NCBI GenBank assembly: GCA_021613535.1
Contig: CP075494.1
Span: 248,001 to 312,000 of the forward strand
DNA from: Adineta vaga
Taxonomy: Eukaryota; Animalia; Rotifera
Direction of reading: 5' to 3'
DNA length: 64,000 bases
Shown here: positions 53,462 through 64,000 of the stretch, piece after piece
Layout of the letters: each line of letters starts with the position of its first letter
How positions within the stretch are numbered: the stretch's first letter is position 1
Notes under the pieces: generated by a model
Seen by the model: the letters and a program-made list of their open reading frames with translations, nothing else
Database searches by the model: none
What the model was told of the DNA's origin: nothing
Made by a program: the position numbers and the translations under genes

Positions 53462-55479
53462 TTATTTTTTGTTTTTGGCAAATGCTGATAATAGATCATA
53501 AAGGCTGCCAAAATTCTCTTGTATTGCTGTTGATGTTGATTTAATCGGATGATTTGCTGTAGTATCAATTTTGACGATTGATGTCGGAGATGTGCTGCCG
53601 TTCCGAGGACATCGATAGATGAAAAAGATCGCGACGAGAATGATCAATATAGCAAGAACATTGACCGCAACAATGGTGATGACCACTGTAGGTCTTGTTG
53701 TACTTAGATTTGCTAGTTGCAACAGATTGTTACCGGTTTTTTCTGTTTCTATTATATTCTTTTCTTGAATTCTCATTTGCTCTTCTAAAGTGAGTACCAG
53801 ATTTTTATCTGAAGCAAATGGATAAACTTTGGGTAGACTAATATTTAGCGGACGAATCGAATCAATTACTGGAATAACTTCTTCATTTATTGTTTTTATA
53901 ATATATGGTTCCAGTGTCTTACAGCGCTTGTCTCCAATAAAGTTTATGTTACCCTCACAGTAAAAAGTATCATTACAATCCATACGAACTATGCTCAAGT
54001 TTGTGAAAGTGTGATAACCTCCAGTTGTGGTGCACTTTAGCGGTGTTCTAGTTGATAATGCTATTATATTAGAGGCTATTTTCTGAAAATACGGAGAAGA
54101 GTAAGTAGATTTTTGAACTCGACAGTGAAATGGACGTTTGGTAGAAATTAACTGTTCTAAGCACATGTTATTAATACGTTTCTGAACAATGGGCGGATCT
54201 CGACAAACTGTATAATCTCCAAAATCGCATACTGATTGTTGAGCAATTTCTCGCCATTCAATGTATCCACCACTGGATACGCCTATTATTTTTGGCAATC
54301 CAAAAAGTTCGTTTCCGAATTCTTCCTTAGCGGTAAAGAACGGCAAGGCGATAAGTTTATAAATCTGCATCTTATCAAAAGCATTAGTCTTAAGAACTGA
54401 AAAATAACATGTAAATACAACATTACCGAGGTGTTGTGGATAATATTCCATAGTTTCGTTTCTGTGTGTAAAATTTTCTGATGGAAAAAACTGCACTGTC
54501 TGCGCAAAAAGCATGCGCGATACAAATGTGGCCTTTGATTCTCCAGCACTGGGTACCGAATTCTTCAGACGATCATATGCGATTTCGATAATCTCATTTT
54601 GTTCTGTCATTCCGACGAAGTCCAAGTTCAAATCGTTGCGCTCAATACGACGCATAGAATTTTTTATACTTTCATAAACATGTGCTGCATGCGTTTTCAA
54701 ATTATAGCGTGTTTGTGCCTCGGCAAAATAATCGAGGCGGGAAACATGTTTAACAATAGTTTCCATGGTAGTTCGCATATTCTCCATGTTTTCTTGAGCC
54801 GTATTAAATGAGCGTGCTAGTTGAACTGTACTGTTCGTATTAGTTAATACAGAAACTTCTAAACTATGTAGCTGCTTGTTCGTTTCAGAAACATATTGTT
54901 GAATCTGTGACACACGATTACTCAACTGCGCTTCTTTTATTGTGTTATACATTGTCATACCTCCTAAAAAAGTAATCTGAAAGCGCCTAATGCAACACCA
55001 ATAATTATTGGTAACGCGCGTTTAATACGATGATGATGATGATGACGAGTTTTGATAGGTATTTTTTCGGCAGAAAATCGAGTGCTATTAGTCGAATTCA
55101 AAAAGTCAAAGAGTGAAGAATGACTTGAAACGTCTTCCTGGTCAAGTTTACTACGAAATGATTCCTGATAATCAACACATAGCCTCAATTTTTCTACTTG
55201 CTCCATAGGTAAAATAGGGCAAAGATATTGAGTAACAGGTACGGTTACAGTTAGCCCGAATATATCGTCTATTTCGTAATAATATCCAACTCGATTAAAA
55301 ATAACTCCACTTTGCTCATGAACAATCAAATTCTGTCCGTTAATTAACTGATTATAAATACTATCTGTTGATTGACTAAGCGATGAAACAGTAGTTGGAA
55401 TCGAGTGAATGTCTGTCACTAGATTAAACATTACGTCGACGAGAAGAAATATTGAATGACGATGTGCAATTATCCACAT
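53462..55479 (-). CDS. Class I viral fusion (env/F-like) glycoprotein, ~672 aa, split by a 1-nt frameshift near 54966-54971
   Basis: Furin site RIKR, hydrophobic fusion peptide ALPIIIGVALGAF, heptad region, Cys-rich domain, second heptad, TM VVITIVAVNVLAILIILVAIFFIY, cytoplasmic tail; several N-glycosylation sequons. Confidence 0.85.
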
Positions 55480-55496
55480 GATGATAATTGTATTAT

Positions 55497-55670
55497 CTAT
55501 GTATGTATATACGATGTTAATATTGAACGAAGAAAATTAAAAAAATAACTTACGGATTCGAAATGAAAACTAAATAGCTAGACGCACATTAGAAGCAATG
55601 AATCAATGTAATAAGAAGTGTAAGAAGGAATGGAATGATGAAATGAACGGCTATCATTGAGTTTATATAC
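55497..55670 (-). promoter_or_regulatory. Putative Pol II promoter and 5'UTR intron of the env-like gene
   Basis: TATATAAA at ~55669-55662, TCATT initiator-like motifs 24-32 nt downstream, 57-nt GTAAGT...CATAG intron 55553-55497 ending 17 nt before the ATG. Confidence 0.55.
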
Positions 55671-56437
55671 AACTTTCCAAGAGGGACAGATATGTGTAAA
55701 ACGATTAGTTTAATATCTCTTTTTGTTCTTAAGAATGATCCACTGTAAAACTACTTGGTCTTATATTCAAATAAATTGAATTTCATGTCATAGCATAACT
55801 TTACTTTAAAGCACACTGTACCATATGCTATCTATCGATCAGCTCAAGTTGCTTATAACACTTTGAATCAATTATTGAATTACGTAGGTATGATTATATT
55901 ATTGAGTATTAAAAAAACAAATTTTAAGACTCTTCTTCTAAAACAGACCACGTGGTATATAAATGATACCTGAATCAGTAACAGCCAATAATCTGGAAAC
56001 ACTTTTAAAATAAGGAATGTATGAGCTGCTGATATTCGATATCACGTAACGTCATATCCAATTAATCATACGAAGCTATACCATTTGATATTAATAAAAA
56101 GTTGCATTTAGAGCACTGATTGGAATCTGTTCCTAGGCGAATTAGTAAAGAAACTACTCCCCAGATCCTATAAATCGTCCAGTAAAATCTTGTATTTTGC
56201 AGTTTTGTTTGGCTTGGTTTGACCTACAGAGGTTTTCTTGGTGTCAGTCGATAGATCTCGTCGAGTTCTACTTGGAACACTGGTTGTAACACCTGGAACA
56301 CGTTCCTAGGCGAATCGGCAGTAAAAAAAACTTGAATCGGGTGCCAACTTCCCTTACGTTCTGCAATGCCACAAAATATTCGATCATAAAAACAACAGCA
56401 ACAAAGAACAACGAAATATAAATTACAAAAACATCTT

Positions 56438-56543
56438 CTTGAGGGTGGGTGTGGGTGATAAGGTACAAAAAAGTATGTAACAATAAGCCACACCCATTCT
56501 GTTTCATAGCCCAGATCATATTGACGCTCACCCATACCCTCAA
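56438..56543. repeat. Representative copy of a dispersed palindromic element with telomere-like arms
   Basis: CTTGAGGGTGGGTGTGGGTG...CACCCATACCCTCAAG; related copies throughout the window. Confidence 0.7.
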
Positions 56544-56883
56544 GATTATTTATCGTGATATATTTTCGATTTGAAAGTTATTCATTCTCATATATATTTT
56601 ATTCATCTATTTGAACAACTTTTCATCAAAGTTTTTGCATCTCAAATGAGAAACACATACGTATATCGATAAAATATATCAACATGGAAAAGAATAACTA
56701 ACATTTACATCGAATAAAATCGGAAACAAGTCACTTTTGTATCCTATTTAAAAAGCATTTACAAGTTGACGGAAATTCGTCAACAAGAATAATCTATGAC
56801 AGATGTTTCGATAAGTAACTCTTGTTGTGTTTCATTCGAATCAAAAGTATTATATATCACGCTTTCATTTGCACGTATAAATT

Positions 56884-59800
56884 ATGGAGAAATGCAATGA
56901 TCATCAGATTAAGTTGATATCCATACGAGACATTGATCACAATGAACAGATACAAAATCATTCTCAAGTATTTAATCAAACTATTAATATGACAAATATT
57001 TCATCAATACAAAGGACAGATGAAATGTTCGATTCAAATAATATTGAAAACAAAACAATTACAATCAATCCTCGACTTGTAGAATTGATTACTCAATCGC
57101 AAACTTTACCAATTAAGAATACTCAAATGATTATGAATCCTCTTCAAGGATATGCCGAACAACCTCTTCTACCATTATTCAAAGCTTGTACACCACTCAA
57201 TGATATTTTTCATAATTTATCATCGTATGTTCAACAAGCATTGAATGAAACATCGGAACAACCAAAAGATGGATTAACTATTGATGAAAGTGCTTCAATT
57301 CGTCTTTATACATTAGAATGGGAAAAGCCACATCGAAGTCTTTATTCATTACTTAATTTTACTTTGAAAAATGGAAATCGTGATGATCTTTTACCTTATT
57401 TCAAATATCTCAAACTGTTGTTAACTGCTCTTATTAAATTACCATGTTTACCATCATCAACAGTGTGGCGAGGAGTAACGAGAAATTTAAGTACTGATTT
57501 TCCTCCTGGTACTGAAATAACATGGTGGTCATTTTCATCATGTACAAATGAAATGACTGTACTTGAAAATAATATGTTTTTGGGTAATCAAGGTGATCGA
57601 ACATTATTCTCTGTTGAAACAATAAATTGTCGAACAATTCGTGAACATTCACATTTTATTACTGAAGATGAAGTTCTTCTTTTACCTGGAACACAAATGA
57701 TTGTTCAATCACAATTATCTCCAGCACCTGATCTTTATATAATTCATTTAAAACAAATTCTACCAAAACAAATTTTATTAGAACTTCCTTTTGAAGGTAA
57801 AATTAATGATAATATTTACAGATAAATAAAATTATATTTAATTCCTATAGGTGCCCATCTTTATCCTAAACCTAAGTAAGTAAATGATTTCATTAATTTA
57901 TAAACGTATTTTCTCTGATACTTTTTATGAATTCATCAAGACGTCAATGGTATCGTAAAAAGAGATTTATCATTCCAAGTGTATTTTTCATCAGTCTGGT
58001 TATTGTTGGTATTCTACTCGGTTCTGTTCTCGGAGCAAAATTCAAGAACAAATCATCAGGTATAGTTTGCTACTAGATCTTTATTTTCAATTGAAAAATT
58101 TGCTTAGAATTTTAATAAATTCACATTGACTTTTTTCTTTTAGTAACTATATGTGATAATCCATTACAAGGACATATTTTCTATGATGCTGGAAAATATC
58201 CATACGATGCAACACTTGGTTACTTCAGAAGCAACAAAACATTAGATGTGGCAGTGGCCAACTTTATCGAGAATACTGTTTATGTTTCTTTTGGAAATGG
58301 CGATGGAACGTTTCAATATTTAGGAAGGAATATAATTGGTAAATATTCATATTTTATAGCATCACACGATTTTAATAATGATGGTCAATTGGATCTTGTC
58401 ATTGCTTTAACAGAAGACAATGCTATCGCTATATTATTTGGTAAAGGAAATGGATTATTTGAAAATTCATATAATTATACAGTTGGAAAAAAGCCTTCGT
58501 CTATATTAGTCAATGATTTTAATAATGATAATAAATTGGATCTAATCGTTTCAAATCTGGGTGATCATACTATTAGTGTCTTACTTGGAAATGATTATGG
58601 AACTTATCAAACTCCAACTAATTATGCAGTTGGTGCGGGTCCACTTCTTGTAGTGTCAAATGATTTTAATAATGATGAAAAATTAGATCTTGCAGTGCTT
58701 GGTTGCATGAATGGTACCGTTAGTATACTCCTTGGTGATGGAAATGGAAAGTTTCAGATTTTAATACATCATGAAATGAATCGATTGGCATATCATATGA
58801 TGTTGGGTGATTTTAATGATGATAGAAAATCAGATGTAATTATATGTTTGAATAGCAAAATTGTTAAAATATTGTTTGGAAATGGAAATGGAACATTTGA
58901 CATGTTTTTGAATAATACATTTATTGAAGATTGTCATACAGGAATAGTAAGTGATTTGAATAAAGATAATAAATTAGATTTAATATTAGCCAGTTTGGGG
59001 AATAAATGTGTTACTGTAATGTTTGGAAATGGAAACGGAACATTTCAGAATGGAATCTGCTATAAGACTGCTGCGGTACCACGGCATATAATTTTGAATG
59101 ATTTTAATAATGATAGTTATTTGGATTTAGCGGTAGTTTATCAACAATATAATGCCATTAGTGTATTGATTGGCAACAGTAACGGAGCATTTCACAATGC
59201 ATCGGACTATAAAGTTGGAAAAAAGCCAGTTGCTCTAGTGACTGGTGATTTTAATAATGATAGAAAAGCAGATCTCGCAGTGATAAACGCTGAAGATGGT
59301 ACTATTAGTATTTTGTTGGGAAATGAACATGGAAATTTTCAGGCTGTAATGAATTATACAGTTGATCATCGCCCAACATCGTTAATAAATGGTGATTTTA
59401 ATAATGATAATAAATTAGATCTAGTCGTTGTTAACTATGATGAAAACACGATCAGTATTTTATTAGGAAAAGAACAAGGACTTTTTCGAACTCCAAAATA
59501 TTATACGGTCGGTGAAAAGCCAAGTTCAACTATATCAGAAGATTTTAATAATGATAGAATATTGGATCTAGTAGTGACCAATGAAGGTAACAATAGTATT
59601 TGTGTATTGATAGGTAATGGTAATGGTACTTTTCAAATACCAATATTCTATCCGACGAAAAATTGGCCACAATTTTTAGCATCAGGTGATTTTAATCGTG
59701 ACAATAAATTGGATGTAATTGTGGCTCATGGTGACGGTTCGGTTGATATACTATTGGGCGATGAAAATGGAAGATTTCAGAGTCGAATATCATTTTATAT

Positions 59801-60215
59801 TGATGATGGAGTAAAAGCAGTAGTAGCATACGATTTCAATCATGATGAAAAACTTGATCTTGCAATAGCCTGTTTTCTTAATGGTAGCATCATTGTATTA
59901 CTTGGTGAAGGAAATGGAAAATTTCACTTTCTCGCACAATATATCGTTGGTTCACAACCAAATGCTTTAGTATCAAATGATTTCAATAATGATGGAATAT
60001 TCGATTTAATAGTAAATAATCGTAATAGTAATACGATCAAATTATTACTTGGCAATGGAGATGGAACATTTCGAACACCAATACAATATATGATTGAAGG
60101 AAATCCATCTTCTATTAGATCAGGTGATCTAAATAATGATCGAAAACAAGATCTAATTGTAACAAGTAATAATCCTTCGCGTTTTTATGTTTTTTTGAAT
60201 ATTTGTGAAAATTAA
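56884..60215 (+). CDS. ADP-ribosyltransferase - transmembrane - FG-GAP/VCBS repeat protein (~1042 aa); exons 56884-57796, 57851-57875, 57941-58059, 58144-60215
   Basis: ART motifs VWRG, FSSCT, EDE; all three GT-AG introns keep frame; exon 3 encodes RKKR plus a hydrophobic helix; ~13 DFNNDxKLDL..LGNGxGTF repeats. Confidence 0.88.
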
Positions 60216-60320
60216 TTATTTATTTAATCGAAAAATAAACTTTACTTAAATTATAATAATTCTATGGATAAGATTAGTATTTGCTGAATGTGAAAGAAAA
60301 ATGTCAACTATACATTCTTT

Positions 60321-61460
60321 TTAATATAATTGAAAATTTATATACGACATCATCACAATTACAATAGATAGAATGTTAAATACGAGTGTCTCCAACAGTT
60401 CTTGGTATGATACTTCTGTTTGTACGATTATAGTTTCTTGAGTAGTCGGTTGTTGTCGATAAAATAAATGAATTAATTCACGACGAAATGATTTACTTGA
60501 TAATGTAAATAGATAAAAACTCATACATGATGAGAAATTAGCTATTGAACTACCAGTATCTCCAAGACTTCGATCTCTTGATTTTTCTAAATCACTTTTA
60601 ATCATATAGCTTGCTATAGTTACATAGAGTTGAGCAATTGAACCAATACTTGTTGTTGTTGTAATGAAAACTAAACATTGAATTGTTAACATTTGAAGAA
60701 ATTGTCGATCTATTTTATTTTGATTTCGATGAATACGATTTGATATACTGTTTGATGCTATAATTCTTCGTCTACCTTGACGAACATTTCGAATAGTAAG
60801 AAAACCAAAAACAAACATAAAGATAGTTGAAATCCAACTCCAAATCACCAAATTCCATATCGATGAAAACGCTCGATAAGTACTCGTTATAAATGTACAT
60901 GATCGTTGAGGATATAAAATAATTCCTTGATAAAAAGGTGTATAAATTTGAAGAAGAAAAACAAATAGAATTATAATTGGAATAGCACGAGATGCCACAC
61001 GAATACTACTCCATTTTCGATATTTAGCAGATGATGAAGTACATAAAAATCTAAATACAATTAGAATAATTAAATCTTATCGAAATATATTCGAACATCG
61101 AAAAGTAGTGACAACGATATTTTATAAAATATCGTTGTCACTACTTTTGAATATCCCTATGTACCGATCAATTGAAGCCAAAGTCATTAACCATGATGGT
61201 ACTATTCTAAAAGATAAGAAAAGAATAATTAGATATTAATATATTTGTATCAATCGTAATGGAACAAGAGAACAGACAACAGCACAACCAGATAGTGTTG
61301 ATGCCATAAAATAATGTGTACATGGACTTGATCGAAAAGGACGACGTGTAAAAACATAAATACTTAATGTATGTCCAATTATACCAAAACTTATTAGACA
61401 AATATTCCATATTTGATTGAATATGACTAAACGTTCAATATCATTGACGAGATTCGACAT
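60321..61460 (-). pseudogene. 7TM receptor, apparently missing part of TM2-TM3
   Basis: TM1-2 in 61236-61460, PSWLMTLASIDR|FLCTS across an intron, TM4-7 in 60321-60998; no in-frame path near 61240-61205. Confidence 0.65.
61101..61148. repeat. Perfect 48-bp palindrome in an intron
   Basis: AAAAGTAGTGACAACGATATTTTA|TAAAATATCGTTGTCACTACTTTT. Confidence 0.95.
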
Positions 61461-63060
61461 AGTTGTATTCAATATGATGACATGTTGATTCATAAAACTA
61501 ATCTTTAATTTCTTTCTTATCAAAATTTGATTACGTTCAGTCTACTATATTGTAGGTTAACATTCGTTTTTGACGTCATAAATAAATTACAAGAATAGAA
61601 AATAAAATTGTCAAATTCTGACAAGATGATTCTTCAACATTCAGTATTTTTATCTCGACAAAAATCTATTCTTTTCATGATTATTTTATAAAATAATGAA
61701 CAAAAACGTATAGACAACAATTTCTTTCGATATTTGACTCACGTAGAGAAAAAGATTTTAATCTAATAAATCAATTTTATTTAAAAAATTAAAGATAAAT
61801 CTCCTATATACATTTTATCGTACAAAACAAAATGGTGGACAGATTATATGAGAAGAAGCTCGATTATATGCCTAAATAGAATAAATAGAATAGAATTAAG
61901 AAAGAATGATTATATTTACATCTTTGATTCTTTTATATTCTAAAATAGAAGAATAAGAAATAAATATTTTCAATAGAATAGAATAATTTACCTTCTGGAC
62001 TTATATCAAAAGCTTTATCTTTTTCTTTTAAATCTAAAACAAAACAACAAATCATTGAAAATCTTTTCGAGAAAATCAAATTCTTTTTACGTTCTAAAAC
62101 TCGTGAAAATGAATTTCGTTTCTTTTTTGGTATTTGATCATTTTCCGGAATTAATAATATTTTCGATGATGTTTCATTACCCATTATTCAAGGTGAAAAA
62201 TACTTCAATCTAAAGCAAGAAATACATATATACTCAATGTTATAATGTTTCTTTTCTTCTCTTACCTATATAAACACGTTTTATCGTTGAATTAGAAATA
62301 TAATCTACAATACTCTTTTTTTCGATTGTTTATATAGATATCATAGTGAGAAAAGAAAATATATAGTCCCTACGTTAATCATTGATCTATATCGATTTGA
62401 AAAGAAATCGTAGGTGAATATAACATTTATTTACGTCAGAGTATTTGTTTTCTTATTCATAAATTTATTTCGCAGTTGAAATAATGACGATAAACAAATG
62501 TTAAATATCATATTCTATAAGTAAAATATTATTACTGATCTTTTTTTTTTAAATCTATAATCAATGATATGATAATCAAAAAGAGTGGTGTGACATATTC
62601 GGAAGATCGGGAATGCTGATGATGCGAGCGATGATCCATCTTCACAAACCACCACACCCACATTTTACGACGTTCAAGACTGGTAACTTATAGGAGATCA
62701 TAAGACCATCGTTTTCTAATGTGTTAGGCATGCAATATGAAAATTTCCCAAGCAAAAACGCTGGGTACTTCTGCTAGTTTAATTATATTCGCCTTCGAAC
62801 GATGTCAAAATGTTGATTTCATGCATGAACGTGTTCTATGAATACCAGAATGTGTAGCATCTGACAGAATTATTTCAAAGACATATGTCATTCTAATTGA
62901 TTCACTAATGCATTTTTAAATATAAAACATAAAAGGTTTATCGGAGTGGTACTAAAGCCCATTCAAGTGCATTGCTCATTTATATTAAAATTTTTCTCGC
63001 TACCATTTTTTTCTCAACATTCATTTGTTCGGCAATATTTCTTTTTTTTTTTGGTCTATA

Positions 63061-64000
63061 ATGTCAAGTGAAGATAACAGTTCCCACAATGATATATCGT
63101 TGTTTGACGCCGATACACAACGATTTTACTTAATACAATTCTGGATTTTTCTTATCTTAACTATTCTATCTATGATTTGTTCATTGTTTACTTTATATCA
63201 TCTTCTTCATGATCGAACTCTTCGTCAAGCACTCTATAATCATATTATTATCATTCTACTTATTATCGATGTTTTCTATCAATTTATAGATACGTCGTAT
63301 TTTATTCATTATTTTCGCTGTTTCAAATCTTTTTCATCATCACCTGCTTTTCGTCTCATTTGGGGATTTGTTGATTGGGCATTTTATGATCTTCAGATTT
63401 TACTTTATACTTGGGCTACAATAGAAAGGCATATTCTTATCTTTCATGATCAATTATTAGTTACAAGAAAGAAACGATTTGTTTTTCATTATATTCCCCC
63501 AATTACAATAACTATCTATTGTCTATTGTATCATACAATTATATTTTTTGTATTTCAATGTGAGAATATTTTTGATAATTTAATCACGCCTAGTTTCTAT
63601 CCTTGTGCCTTTCAAACCAATGCACTGTTCATGTATGAAACAATAGTAAACCAAACATTATCTACGTTCGTTATTGTTATATCCAGTGTTCTTCTTCTAT
63701 TACGTGTTGTATGGCAAAGATCGCATATGCATCAACATATTCATTGGCGACATCATCGAAAGATGACAATTCAAGTGTTATCTATTTCATTTATCTATCT
63801 CATTCTACCTTTTCCGTATACTTTTATAACTTTGCTTCATCTATGTGGTATGCCATCTTATATTGGAGCAGAATTTTTGTCACGCGCAATGTTTGCTCCT
63901 TATTATACTTTATTCCTACTTCCAATAGTTTCTGTCGGATCATTGCCAGAACTTAGAACAAAATTTAAGAATATTCTACAGTTTCGACGGAAACGACGTG
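63061..64000 (+). CDS. Orphan 7TM receptor, paralog of 27283-28314, runs off the window
   Basis: Open frame from ATG 63061: MSSEDNSS..RTLRQALYNHIII..WATIERHILIFH..RKMTIQVLSIS..GSLPELR. Confidence 0.85.
   Translation, partial: MSSEDNSSHNDISLFDADTQRFYLIQFWIFLILTILSMICSLFTLYHLLHDRTLRQALYNHIIIILLIIDVFYQFIDTSYFIHYFRCFKSFSSSPAFRLIWGFVDWAFYDLQILLYTWATIERHILIFHDQLLVTRKKRFVFHYIPPITITIYCLLYHTIIFFVFQCENIFDNLITPSFYPCAFQTNALFMYETIVNQTLSTFVIVISSVLLLLRVVWQRSHMHQHIHWRHHRKMTIQVLSISFIYLILPFPYTFITLLHLCGMPSYIGAEFLSRAMFAPYYTLFLLPIVSVGSLPELRTKFKNILQFRRKRR

Larger units (their letters stand above)
52611..56355. mobile_element. Non-autonomous long-TIR element carrying an env/F-like gene
   Basis: ~140-bp near-identical TIRs (52611-52750 vs 56215-56355, AAGGGAAGTTGGCACCCGATTC...), weaker similarity for ~80 bp further in; ACGT on both flanks. 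Confidence 0.9.

Noticed and set aside
52611-56355. Interpretation as an LTR retrotransposon or endogenous retrovirus
   Set aside because: Flanking repeats are inverted, lack TG..CA ends, and no gag/pol remnants are visible
61933-62184. ORF starting MGNETSSK (possible myristoylated small protein)
   Set aside because: Likely a first exon, but downstream exons and product could not be supported

Overview
AT-rich eukaryotic genomic DNA with short (~50-60 nt) GT-AG introns. The gene content (expanded ART-TPR/ART-LRR, NHL, FG-GAP, Kelch and F-box-LRR families, orphan 7TM receptors, intron-bearing bacterial-type genes) points by inference to a bdelloid rotifer, in a TE-rich, HGT-rich, pseudogene-rich region. 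Recognisable content: decayed mariner and Tc1 elements, a MULE/NOF-like transposase relic, Helentron-type (HINE) repeats, a hAT MITE, two solo LTRs, bacterial-type mscL, zupT, DUF1254/DUF1214 and cupin genes, five GPCR-like genes and four ADP-ribosyltransferase loci. The most striking item is a 3.75-kb element (52611-56355) bounded by long terminal INVERTED repeats. Its only cargo is a viral class I fusion (env/F-like) glycoprotein gene with its own TATA box, 5'UTR intron and polyA signal, and no gag, pol or transposase. Also notable: a spliced F-box-LRR-E2 (UBC) fusion gene, a transmembrane ART-FG-GAP receptor-like gene, a dense family of small palindromes built from telomere-like TGAGGG/TGTGGG units, and a 93-nt periodic array. 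All family assignments are from motif recognition by eye; no searches were run.
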